Source: Marsupella aquatica (Eukaryota > Plantae > Marchantiophyta). Taken from it: a stretch of 64,000 nucleotides of DNA. Positions 12,961-24,755 of this stretch are shown piece after piece. Both the position numbers and the translations under genes were made by a program. Each line of letters begins with the position of its first letter. Position 1 is the stretch's first letter. The DNA is taken from assembly GCA_973895155.1 (NCBI GenBank), contig OZ316899.1:4591241-4655240 (forward strand). Reading direction: 5' to 3'. The notes beneath the pieces were generated by a model that saw only the letters and a program-made list of their open reading frames with translations, did not search any database and was not told where the DNA came from.

Positions 12961-14314
12961 TTTTAGAAAACAAATAACTAGGCCATGAAAAAATCAGGCA
13001 CAACATGATGAAAACACATGATGTTTGCCAAAAGACAAAATTAGCAGCGCTTGGTGCTAACAAAAACATGACGAGACATACATAACACTATACTATTGAC
13101 ATAATGAATATAACTGTTTGGACCAATAGGACAACCGAGAGCATCATGATTCAAACTATAAACCATGAGCATTTTGCCTCTCTAATATGAGTCGGACCTC
13201 TCCAATAGTGAGAATTTGTTGGCTGGTCAAAGCAGATTCCTTAGCGTCTAGTTTGAAAATGGTAAGGAAAATCCAATACAAATGTTTGCAAGACATATAT
13301 GGATGTTTTCAAGAATGTCAATGATAGACATCCTCACAAGAGCAAGTTGGGAAAATGCAAATTTGGACAAAGTAAGAATTTGGCGTCCTCAGATTTTTTG
13401 TGCGTTTGCACCTTGAACTGCTTTCCCCATGCATTCCCAATCGCGACATCCCACTCTCCCTGAATGGACATCGTCTCTTTTTGTGCAGACGCAATTCTGT
13501 TCATGTGACCTTGGGTAAGAGTCGACCGAGGAACCGTATTCCTCCCATTTTGGCTTTGGAGACAAACATTGGCTTTGAGAAGATTGACATTTTCTGGAAA
13601 GATATTGACATTGATCTAAAGATCAAAAACCGACGGGCGAGTAAGAGCACGTTCACTTCCTTGGACTAGGGAGATCCCGTTCTCAACAAGATAGTGCATC
13701 TCGTCTTCCAAAACATGTGTGCCTTTAAAATGGGAAGAACATCAAGGGAAGGGGGCAGGTTCAATACACCACAACACGGACGAATTTTGTAACATGTATT
13801 GTTTGGGCAAAACCAAATCATTTTGGTTACGGGTTCCCCCCTGAACATGCATTGTCCTTTGACAACAATGTCGATAACACCATTTGCTGAGGGAAATCCT
13901 ACTTTTTCCCCCAAATGCGACACTTGTCTCATTCCAAATTATGGGCAAATGATCCGTTGCACTGAGGACCAATGCCAAATTTTGAAGTGCGATGTAATTG
14001 CCATGCAGTTGGAGTAATCTCGGTCTCTAGGACAGGACACTCTTGTAACGGTTGCTGAAGCATTGTGGGAGCACTCTGGGGTTGCCTTGTTGAACGCGTT
14101 TGATCTCGAGCAGGAGGGGTATTGAAATCAACATCTTCTCCACCCCACAAAATGTCACTTCCAGACAGATTAACAACAGGAACAACCTGAGGTTTGGGGC
14201 CATGAATAGCATCAAATGTCGTGCGACTGAGATTAATCATGTTCATTGATCTAGTATTTGGCGAGGTGACAAGGATTTTATCATGCCTATGGGAGTCTTG
14301 TGGCAAGATATTCC

Positions 14315-14657
14315 TGTTAGGTATTTACTCAAGGTCTAGGGTTACGACATGTAACTATAGTTAGGCTAACCATAGTCAAAGATGTGGTTAGGTTACCTAG
14401 GATGCACACTATATGCCAAGCGGTGTTTGCTTGGATAAGTGGAACTTAGGCTCAATGTTACGGAGCCACTTGAGAGATGAGGAGAGCTTCCACTATGGAG
14501 ACTTGGTATAGCCGACGGGCTTAGAGTTTAGTAAAGCTCTCTTGTGTGTTCCCGTGAACATAGCCTCGAGGAGGTGAACCACGTATCTCTTGTGTCGACT
14601 ACTTGCGCGTTGGATGTGTCATGTGCTTACCATTGTGATTGTCGTCTATGCTCAAAA
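14315..14657 (+). repeat. Copia 5' LTR (343 bp)
   Basis: Starts TGTTAGG and aligns along its length with 33447-33784 (TTACTCAAGGTCTAGGGTT...GTCTATGCTCAA). Confidence 0.93.
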
Positions 14658-14659
14658 AT

Positions 14660-14671
14660 TGGTATCAAAGC
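14660..14671 (+). other. Primer binding site (tRNA-iMet type)
   Basis: TGGTATCAAAGC, 2 nt after the LTR; canonical form is TGGTATCAGAGC. Confidence 0.9.
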
Positions 14672-14879
14672 ATGCCTGGGAGGTGACGTTGTTTGTGACG
14701 GGATTTTTGTGACGGTTTTTCCAACATTGAGTGTTGGTGGATTTCCCAAAGTTTTGTCGCGTGGAACTTGAAGTTTATGGGCTCAGCAGATAGATCGGGG
14801 CAAGGGCTTTCCAATGGTGTGAATGAATTTCTAAACGGAGTTTGTGGTGCGGAGAGTTGGTTGTTTTGGTAGCTCATTT

Positions 14880-16640
14880 GTTACCAAGTGAGTACCGTGT
14901 GCGACGGGATGAGCAAAAGAAGTGTTCTGATTTTTTGACCGGTTATGGAGTCCTATTTTGCTTGAGAGAGGTTTCTTGTCGTTGCGCTTGACTTGGAGGG
15001 AAGTCACGGAACTTGACTACCTTAACACTTAGCTCCAACGTCGTTGACTCCGACGCCGAGCTCCCTTATGGTCCAAGCCCGGATAGGCCATCCGGGGAGG
15101 ACTTAGCATGGGGAGACTTGTGGGCGATGAGACATGGCACTAGCAAAGGCAAGGAGCCAAGTTGGTGACACACACTAAGGACTTAGGCTAGCTGAGAGCT
15201 GGTCGGGTCAAGGGGAAAGGGGCTGGACTCAAGGTCGACCATCCGGGCCCCCAAACGGACTTTGAGTTATGAGAGCTTGAGTGTGAGCTCCTCTTGGGCC
15301 CAAGGCCAATGGAGTTGACACCATGGGCAACGGACGCTTGGGGCATGAGTTATGGCCCGATCCGGGTTGGGCCAATTGGGGGCCCCAAGCGGCAATGAGA
15401 CCTGAGGGCCTAGGCATGAGCATTAGGTCGGCCCAATCACAACGGGCTAAGGCACTCCGCTTGCGGACATCTAACGAGAAAGTTATGGACGTTGCCAGTT
15501 GGTGGCGCGCCCACTATGCGCAAAAGGATCCGGGTTGGAGGCCAAATGTTTAGGGACCAAAGTTGGTCTGGGGGTGGCAGGTCTCTAGAAACATATATGA
15601 GGGGAGTGGTGTCTCCTTGGGGGCCAAGGGCAAGCCGAAATCGTGAGCCGCGGCAGTCGCGACACTAAGGGAAAGCGCCAAATGGAAATGACAATATCTT
15701 TCCAACGGGGAAGTCCGTTGGAGGACTTCTTGGGTACGTTGAAAGCTGTCAAGGAGGGTTAGTCCTCCTGAGCTCAATTGGGTCTAGGGGCGCCATGGGT
15801 TCTTGAGGTTTGCGGGTGTTAGCTCACCCGCTTGCCAAATCTTACCGAATAGTAGCCAAGCCGAGTTCAGTCCGCCAAGGGAGCTAGCGTTGGGGAGGCA
15901 AGGCCAAGTAGGCATGGAGGTTGAGTTCCAAGGGTGCTCGGCCCCTAGACCATCAGTGGGGCAAACTGGAAGTTGGTTGCTAGAGTCGGGGCCATTCTAG
16001 TCCCGGCGTGTTGGGGCAAGCTTGGGACAAGTTTTAGAACAAGCTATGCTACTTGGGCCATGAGCATGTCCTGGGGTCAGGGCGGTCAGTTGGTGATGGA
16101 TAGATACAAGGGGGAACCCGGGCCGCCCCCAAGGAAGGAGCTGTTTTGGATGAGCAGTGGCCGTGGGTTCTGGTTTTGGCTTATGGCATTGGGAGGACCT
16201 ATCGCTGACCTATTTACCAATGTTTGTTGAGCTTGAGTTAGGATGCTAGACTAAGCGAGTTCTAGATCCTGAAGGGTTACTTACCGAGGTGCTTGGTTGC
16301 TTGTGCAGGCAATGAGGACCGTTGAGTAGCGGTTGTGTTGGAAAGCAAGTGTGGCTTCGTATGGGAGGGGCCGCTGGCGGTGCAAGGGACACTAGGTTGC
16401 TTGCTTGAGGTATTCCGTGGAGGCGTTCAGGCACCAGGGGCACTTAGGCGTGGGTGCTGGGATTGGTGAGGGTGCTAAGTGGCAAGGTCCACCACTAGGG
16501 AGAAACGTGAAGTGTTTGGGCTGAACGGAGAGATCGCGGCATGATAATCGTTTTGAGTCCAAGATTGACGTTTTTGCCCATGGGAGGAAGGAGTTCTGAA
16601 TTTTTGCCACTGATCAACCTGCTCATGGTTGTCGTGCGCA
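14880..16640. mobile_element. GC-rich degenerate insertion in the copia leader, possibly an LTR-retrotransposon remnant
   Basis: Abrupt change in composition and only short broken ORFs. No diagnostic domain recognised. Confidence 0.25.
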
Positions 16641-18141
16641 AATCACTCTAACTCACCAACATCAACTTTTGATTCGTCACCGTAATCCAAACATTACAAG
16701 GTGCAAGCTCTTTTTGTTTGATTTCCACAAGCATTTTTGGATTTCTTATGGGCAAATTATTTGTTCAAAAAATACTCCATTTACAACTCTCTCTCTCTGT
16801 GTATTGTAAGAAAATATGAAGTACATGGATAGAATACAAAACTACCCATTCAAGACTTTAATACTAGGATGTTATCACGGTCACACTGGCCACCATGTGA
16901 TGGTCATAACTATACATATGATCATAAGTATACTGGGTATAAATACTAGTGAAATACTTTGCCATACACAATGGGCTGGTGCCCCATGCCCTAAAAATAT
17001 TCCCCGATGAACGGTGCCAAAGTGGTCCGTTGTTGCAATGTCCACCAGAACCCCTATTTCTAAACAAGTCACCACACATGACCAGGTAAATGCTAAAGCA
17101 TAGTGAACAGTGTGAACACCGTGGGAAGCTTTTAGACAACCAATCCTCTGCTCATTTCCATGAAAGTTGTTGTGTGAAGCTTTTATGATGCTATATACTC
17201 TGCCAACTCCGGTAAGAGCAATGGTGCTCTGAGAAGTCTGCACCAGCAGGAATGCTTTGATTGATAGCGTGTGGGGTCTGCCAAAAGGAATCACTGTACA
17301 CTGCTCCAAGCCAGACAAGGAATCACTGTACACTACTCTAGGCCCAGCTCGTGGGTCCGCTGTCTGAAGATCACAATGGCCACCAACAGTCCAAAGGTGC
17401 ACAACAAAAGCACAATCTATTCCATCTCATTTCTTTAATATTGTATGCATGTATCCAAATATGTTTGATTCACATAGATTGGGTAGGGACCAGACAACTT
17501 GCTTTTCCTTGGGCCATGTCTCCCCATGGCAGTCCGGACAAGCTACAAAAACATGGTACCTGAAAAGATTTAAATATAAATCATTTTCAACCTGGTGGCG
17601 GGGGCTGAATGACGGCACCAGGGATGTGGATTATCTAGGTCTAATAATCCCCGAGGAAAAACTATGGTCTATACTCTGTGCCCTGAGACTAGGCACATGA
17701 GTATACTGTCGTATGGCCATCCAGGGTAAATAATTTACCCAGGGAATAATTTGATGTACAACTAGCTCTATGAGATCACTACTAATATGTTTATAAAGGA
17801 ATGGCTGTATGTATATCAAGAATAGACTTCCGGATCAATGATTTGCTATGGACATTGCCCAATAGCCTAGAAAAATGGACTCTGGATGTTGTATGGAAAC
17901 CCAGTGTATGAAAATGAATGGAACGTGTTCAACAACGGCCTCTGGGTCATCCAATACATGATCCCCTAAGGCCCTGGATGATGAGTTTTGAGCTGGTGCA
18001 TATGTAGGGTTACACAGGTAAATATGCATATAAGTATTAGTATATGTGGTGCTATGGTATGATTATGATTTTATGAGCTATAGCAGTGAGTAACAGTGGG
18101 ACCTAAGTTTATCAGGATGTGATATCCGTATTGGTATATTT

Positions 18142-18147
<6 letters not shown>

Positions 18148-18202
<55 letters not shown>
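18148..18202. repeat. (CT)n microsatellite
   Basis: About 27 CT units. Confidence 0.98.
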
Positions 18203-18206
<4 letters not shown>

Positions 18207-18959
18207 CTTGGAGGGGAGAGCCTTTAGGGCCCTTGCCGGTGACGAGTGTATATTTGGGTTCTTTGGTGGTTTTTTCCTTTGTATTTTTTAGGGGTCCCCA
18301 CACTTTTGTGTGTTTATACACACACAAACGTGTGTATACACGCACGTTTACTCACCCCCAGCCCCATCGATCCGTTTTCCCCCCGCCACCCCGCCCTCCT
18401 TGCTGCCTACGCGCACCACGGACAGTTTCCCCCCCTCACATGCCCTTTGTTGCCCGCCAGCAAGCCTGCCACCCACAGGCTTTTGCTCCCCGTCCAGCGA
18501 TCCTCTTTGTGGCCGTGCTTTCTCGGCCGGTGCCTCCTGCCTGTACGCAACCGCCCGATATCCCACCCCGGCTATACGCCTGTTTTTTATAAAGGGGCTT
18601 TAACCCCCTTTAGGCCTTATTTTTATTTCTTTTCCTCCCTCTCCATTGGCTGCCGCATCTCGGGACCTGCCACCCTCCACTTTAATCGCTTGAACAGGGG
18701 GAACGGCCCCCTATGAGCCCTGCTGCTTTGTGCAAGAATATTCCCAAAAAATAGAGAGCATGTTTTTGCCCTTCGTCAAAGATTCCGTCCGCCAAATGGT
18801 AATTTTTTTCATTTGTCTTTGGCAAGGAGGTAGCCATCAGAGTTGGCCACATGGTGCACTAATCAAATTGCATTTTTGATGTCGGGTACTAATTCACATT
18901 TTGGTTATTCCCCAAGGTGGTCAAAATGGGGGAGAATTCACTAGTACATTTTGAGGCAT

Positions 18960-19375
18960 TTTACCGATTGTATTTCCATCGGACGCCTTCAGGAAATCCG
19001 ACGCAGAAATCTCACCTGTCCGATACCAAAAGAATCGCATTTTCCAATATACTTTGTATCGGAAAACAACAATCGAAAACCAATTGAAACTACCGATACC
19101 AAAACATTCGGGAGTTCCGTCCTCTAAACTGTCGGAAAACACTATGTCCGATGCCCGTTTAATCGGATGTCTGTTCCACGCATTTTTTGTTAATGGAGGC
19201 GTCCGATTCTAGACCGATATTCTGGACATGGAAATGCCCGATTGTTTTAACATCGGAAATGTCCGATTTTGTTTGGAATGGAAATTGCAATTATAGTAGA
19301 ATCAGACTTTGCGATACGTTTGGGATGGAAAAGTACGATGATTGTGGCATCGGATATGGATCGGTATCTATCGAA
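18960..19375. repeat. CACTA left subterminal repeats (ATCGGA/TCCGAT, both orientations)
   Basis: More than 15 ATCGG/CCGAT motifs in ~400 bp. Confidence 0.9.
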
Positions 19376-19732
19376 AAATATTTGGCGAGCTTGATTGGGC
19401 CTATTTTAAATGAGGGGCTAATTGGGGGTTTAATTGGGGTGCAATTTAATTCTTTAACTGAGTTTTTATCTAGGGTTTAGAGAGGTTATTTAGTCAAGAG
19501 AGACTATCAATTTTGATTGCACACTATGTACCTTGAAACCTGGGCATGACACGGCGTAACTATATCTTATATACAAAAATGAAATATCCAGGGCAAAAGT
19601 ACAAAAAATGGAGAACATCTCCATGCATAGTGCCAGCTATGCTAAAGGCTGGGCATATCAAATGGACATAATGCCCTCCAACTATCCACCTTGCTAGCCT
19701 GGTACTAGATCTATATATGTCTACCTAGTCCA

Positions 19733-22300
19733 CTATCCATACAAGCTATGTCGCGTCTTCCTCTTCTTCACACGGGAACGACTAGGCTGCTCTGCTCTAT
19801 GAGTCTCTACCGCTGACACCCTAGGTAGCACATCATGGTCGTGGCTACCTGATCTGTCTCCATCGTCATGTGGATGAGGTGCAGAAGCAATCTCTGGTAC
19901 TCCCCCACCTCCAGATGCGCCTGAATTGTCGCGAACCAGCTGGTACACTACCAGGGCCAGCCTAAACTGACAAGGTGCAACAACTCCACCACTACCCCCC
20001 TCAGGACGAGACTCACCTCCACCACTACGGCCGGAACCTCCAGACTGGATGCCTACACCACCACTATGAACAGGAGATGGTGTGGGCACATGACCACCAA
20101 GGCCTCCCCCGGACTGTCGTGAACCAGCTGGTACACTACCAGGGCCAGCCCTAAACTGACGAGGTGCAACAACTCCACCACTACCCCCTCAGGGCGAGAC
20201 TCACCTCCACCACTACGGCCGGAACCTCCTGACTGGCCAACGACACGACCAGTATGAACACCAGCCCGTTGTCGAGACCCACCTGGTACAACACCAGGGC
20301 CAGTCCTCACTCGACCACCTGCTGTGGCTAGAACTCCGGACTCACTTCAAACCCCTCGGTTGTGACCTACTGTGGCTGGAACCTGGGACTCACTCCGTCC
20401 ACTCCTACCGGCTAATCTCTGACAAGAAGGAGGCATATCACCTGCTCTATGCTCCATCCGGCGAGTGGAGCCACCTACACCCCGACCAGACTGGTGACGT
20501 CCACTCTCTCGGGGTCCTGACCGGCCACGCGCACCAGTAGAACCTCGTACTGGAGCCTCAGCCACACTCCCCTCTGAAGCACTATCATCCTCCGCATCCT
20601 CCTCGTCCTCCTCCCCCTCACCATCCTCCTCACTCTCCAAGTCCTCCTCACCCCCTGACTCATCCTGCACATAGTAAACAATCTCAAATCCATATGTCAT
20701 TCCGCAACATACGTACCAGCATGAAGCCATCTTTCAAATCATTCTAATATCCGCACTTACCGAGGCCAACATGTCGTCCATGTGAATCTTTAGCGCCCGA
20801 GCACCATGCTCCTTTGCCAGCTCTCTCTCTGCCGGCAACAATGGTTGTCCGTGCTCTCTCTCCTACACACCCAAACCATATGCCACCCCCAATACTAAGG
20901 TCAATTATAGCAACCCTACCCTGGCCTAATTAAACACCTATATAAACCCTTCACCGTCAAAGACCCATAAGAACACTTAGCCGTTCATGCACAAACTATT
21001 CAAAAATTTGAATATGTCCGATACTAGTAGAATCGGTACCCTCGACAGTTCCAATTCTTTTTTATTGTCCGATGCTGCATCCGATACTTAAAGGATCGGA
21101 CTAGAATCGGACCTTACATGCCAAAAGCAAAAAAAAACTAAGGCATGATTGAGCAACCTACGGGCATACAAAGACCTGTCCCGGGTTTGGCAGGGTTAGG
21201 CATTCGTCAATTGGCCTTAGGTGATTAGGGAGGAGGAATGCTGCTGAAGGAATGCATGGAGAGGAGGGGAATGGAGCACTTACAAAATCGGCCTTGAGAC
21301 GCTGTGATCCGCCTTGCCCCATTCTGTGAGTAACCTTTGGCCTCTTTGTTACTCTCAGCAGAGCTTTCATTAGCCAGGATGGTGGGTCTCCAAGCACGGC
21401 TGATTTTGCTGACCATTCTTCAAGTTCTTGATGCATGGGTGCAGTATTCACCATCTCTCCTTGTTTAATCTTCTTCTGAGCTGCTTGAATTTCAGCTTCC
21501 CAGCGTTGTGTGGCTTGCCAAGCTCGAACCTACAACTCTTCTTCAAGCCAAGCACACCAAGCATCCTCAGGAATCTCACCGGCTGGGCTTCCACCTTTCC
21601 TGATCACCTCCTCATCCAGTTTGCATTCAGCCAGGTACTTTTGCATCTTCTCTCGTACATGATTTTGCATGTCTACAAGTGAGACTAAGATCTTTTGTTT
21701 AAGAATCGATCGTCCACAAACGACCCATTCAAAAATCTCTCTTTGATTTGCTCTCGAATTCAAAATCTCTCATCCTGCTTCTTCTTCCCCCAGTAGTCCA
21801 TCAGGCCAAAATGAGACCTCACAATCTGCCTAACTTGACTCCCAAACAAACGATAACTCCTGGAGAGTGGAGCACCTCTCTCATTCAGAAACAATTTTGG
21901 CCTCTTGGCCCTATCCTCTGCCTTCTTTTGTTCCTCCTGAATTCTCTGTTGTTCTGCAGCCCGAGCCTCCCTCCTTAGGCTCTTCTCCTTTTGTCTTGGT
22001 GATAGGGCTTCCACTGGCCTCTCTCTCTCATCCTCCCTAGTGTTACGTTTCCTCTTCCTCTACAATCTCTCCTCCTCGAGTCTGGCTTGGAAAGCTTTTT
22101 CTGCATTAGTGATGGCTACCTTCTAGGAGCTGTCGATCAGTCCTTGAGTGAGCTGAGCTACCTGCAATGCAACCTCCGGCGAGAGCCCCACCTTCTCCCT
22201 AAACAATTGAGCCATGACTTCACCATAGCTGCTTGATGGCCCGGCACCATCTCCCATCCCTCCCGCATTCCCTTCCATCGCTACGAGCTCCGCAAAGGTA
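19733..22300 (-). pseudogene. CACTA second gene, TnpA/Transposase_24-like, multi-exon, divergent from TnpD
   Basis: Pieces 22014-21760 and 21763-21530 (GEIPEDAWCAWLEEEL) read through a TAG into 21454-21283 (KVTHRMGQGGSQRLKADF|GTAAGT donor). Next exon EREHGQPLLPAERELAKEH (~20870-20770), then an acidic, G/R-rich tail. The W...H-x-x-G-x-x-G pattern matches TnpA-like proteins. Confidence 0.6.
19936..20235. repeat. ~110 bp segment duplicated at ~190 bp spacing in the TnpA-like 3' exon
   Basis: CCAGCTGGTACACTACCAGGGCCAGCC...CACCACTACGGCCGGAACCTCC at ~19936 and ~20125, with a partial third copy at ~20281. Confidence 0.85.
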
Positions 22301-23343
22301 TCGTGAAATGCTCCCGATGCTTCTCTCGACTAGAGTGCCTTCGCACTTTAGTTGGGTGACCTAAAAACCCAAAGTGCATAATGTCCAATACTTTCTGCAT
22401 CGGAAACTCCGATTCTAGGTCAATCGGACTAAGTATCGGACCCCTCCTCCAAAGTATCGAACTTAACCCTCCCAATGTATTTTCTGATGGTTTGTGAATC
22501 GCATGACCTTGGCATTTGGACTTTGGCATTTGGATCCCATGTATACTATAATGTCCCCCTTTATGTTAGTTGGGGGTTAATTATGCTATATTGTGGGCTT
22601 ATTAGGTGTGCGATGCAAAACAGGCATATCAACGTATAGTTGTCGTGACAAAGCTAGCACACTATTTTTTGGTGGGTATGGATGATCATTGAATGTATGT
22701 ACCCAGATCTATTTTCAGTTTGATTTTAAATGATTCCCATTTTGACCATGAGGCAATGCTATATGCATGGTGCAACTTTTGGGGACTATAAGAAGTCACA
22801 AATTAAATTAACACTCTAGTGCCGTTTTGTGCAGTTTTGTATTTTTTGTTTTTGGAGGGTCGGGTCGTTGCTTTTCCTTGGTTTTCTTAGTAGGGTTTAT
22901 TTTTGCCAATGCATTATGCACAGCGAGAGTACGCGCATCCAAAAGGTATGACATATATGATCCTCCAAAATGTATTGAAAATATTTGACATGATATATGC
23001 GTTATTTGTGGGAGTTTATAATTGGACATCCAACTCGTCATTGATTTTTATTAATTTCAATAATTATTGGTTTGTTACTTAGGTTTGCATGTATGTCATC
23101 TCATCTTTCAACTTCCCCACCTACCCTGTATGTGCAGGTTTTTTTGGATTGGCCTTAGCATATAGTCTAAGGCTTAGAGCCTAGTAGGCACTATAGAGCT
23201 CGGATATCATTCAGGTACTAATTAAGTCCAACACTGCAAATTATTAACATACTATATATTTCCTGTTTGGGTTTACCTCAAGTTAGGGTGATGAATCAAT
23301 CTTGCATTTTGGTAAAGACTTGTTTGTGTGTAATTGGCAGACA

Positions 23344-23574
23344 ATGTCGACTTCTGAGAGTTTGGATATAGATTCCGACTCTGACTTGTCTTCCTCTGAG
23401 GGGGACATTCCTCCTCCCCCTCAACAGCCTCGAGCACCCCCTCCATTAGGCCCTATTCCATGCTGGTGTCTTAGATGTAAAGGACTGGTGGTTCATCAAG
23501 CGTGGCAGTCCATTGAACACATCGAAAACTATGGTCGACATGAGGGTGATTTACCAGGATATTCAGCTCGCCAG
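23344..23574 (+). CDS. First coding exon with CACTA transposase-associated zinc-finger (CxCxxC...H)
   Basis: Acceptor GGCAG|ACAATG at 23340 and ATG at 23344. Encodes PCWCLRCKGLVVHQAWQSIEHIENYG, resembling the TnpD N-terminal CPCxxC...HLxxxG motif. Donor CAG|GTATTG at 23574/23575, phase 0 (77 codons). Confidence 0.75.
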
Positions 23575-23684
23575 GTATTGCTTGACATGAACTCCGCTAT
23601 ATATGATACACTATCATAATAGTTGGCTGGTTTGAGACCTTTTAGGAGACAAGTATTAATTTTTGTTTGTTTATGATTGAATAG

Positions 23685-24647
23685 GTGCCTTGTAGGGCCC
23701 GTCCTCCATTGGTCTCTAGTCAACTATGGCATGATGCATTCCTAGCTGGTGCTAGACAGTTGCTTGCATCATCAATTGAAGACCCCGAGCAATCATTTAC
23801 CCCCGCACATGTTCAGGCAGATGTTGTTCATGAACCCATAGTGGTAGAGTTGGGGCATGGTAGGGATGATGCACCGCCCCCTACTAGGGTTCTACGCACA
23901 AGACCACGTTCTCATAGACATCGACAACAACATGTAGTTCTAGACACAGACCCATCCCATGAGCACTTTAGAAGGAGTGTTATGCCTCCACCAGGGGAGG
24001 AGTACATAGAAGTTGAAGGGAGGTTGGGCTTATCATATGTGACGGGAAAGGCAATTAGTGTCTTCAAGGATTTTGACCCTGAGAGTTTTGCGATTCCTCG
24101 TGGCCTAGCCATTGATATCCCTGTACATATATGGGGTCGGCAATGGATAGTGAAGGCATCGACCCTTGGCGGGAAGGTTGGATTAGGCTTATTTGCTTTG
24201 GAGGACATTGAGGTCCCTCCAAAGCCTTGGCGTCGTGGCTATGATGGGGAACACCTTTTCCCTTACATTGGGCCTGTGTATACATCCAAGAGTTGGAACA
24301 TCCTCTTGCGCCAACATCCAGCTTGGGGGGTATATGCATTGCAGATGGACTCAGACCCAGATGAGGTCCTAAGGAGGCCTTGGCATTGTAGGATGATTGA
24401 TGGGGACCCTGTGCGTTTAGATAACATAGTTGGGTACATCAATAGTACACATGGTAGAGGGAGTGGACTCCAGCCTAATGTAGAGTGGGCTCAGATTTTT
24501 GGCCCACCCACTCCGCCTTACTATGTCACACATATGGATGATCATGTTATGACAGTAGCCATACGGACCATTAGGGCGGGTGATGAGTTGTTTTGTGACT
24601 ATGAATGGAACGCACCCAAGATGGGCATTCGATCTGGCCACACTTAG
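23685..24647 (+). CDS. SET-domain protein exon (putative lysine methyltransferase) inside the CACTA
   Basis: Uninterrupted 320-codon frame after acceptor AATAG| (23684). SET motifs lie in order over 24144-24608: VKASTLGGKVGLGLFALEDI, LFPYIGPVY, YALQM, IDGDPVRLDNIVGYINST, PNVEW, VAIRTIRAGDELFCDY. Confidence 0.85.
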   Translation: MPCRARPPLVSSQLWHDAFLAGARQLLASSIEDPEQSFTPAHVQADVVHEPIVVELGHGRDDAPPPTRVLRTRPRSHRHRQQHVVLDTDPSHEHFRRSVMPPPGEEYIEVEGRLGLSYVTGKAISVFKDFDPESFAIPRGLAIDIPVHIWGRQWIVKASTLGGKVGLGLFALEDIEVPPKPWRRGYDGEHLFPYIGPVYTSKSWNILLRQHPAWGVYALQMDSDPDEVLRRPWHCRMIDGDPVRLDNIVGYINSTHGRGSGLQPNVEWAQIFGPPTPPYYVTHMDDHVMTVAIRTIRAGDELFCDYEWNAPKMGIRSGHT

Positions 24648-24755
24648 CACATATGTGTATTCCCCATTTTTGAAGTAATATAAGAATATTGTAGTTTTTT
24701 AGGAACCCATGGGCTAACTCAAACGTATATATCTGTTTTGTGCGTTGTATGATAG

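Noticed and set aside
14660-14671. tRNA gene
   Set aside because: Only a 12-nt complement to the tRNA 3' end (PBS); no cloverleaf.
16640-18110. Possible coding remnants (for example DVDYLGLIIPEEKLWSILCALRLG)
   Set aside because: Short, stop-riddled frames with no motif I can assign.
18112-18345. ORF with a poly-RE tract
   Set aside because: Translation of the (CT)n microsatellite.
23685-24647. SET ORF as an independent host gene lying next to a transposon
   Set aside because: It lies between the TIRs of a TSD-flanked CACTA, between the TnpD zinc-finger exon and the TnpD body, and it begins at a splice acceptor (GTG) rather than at its own ATG.
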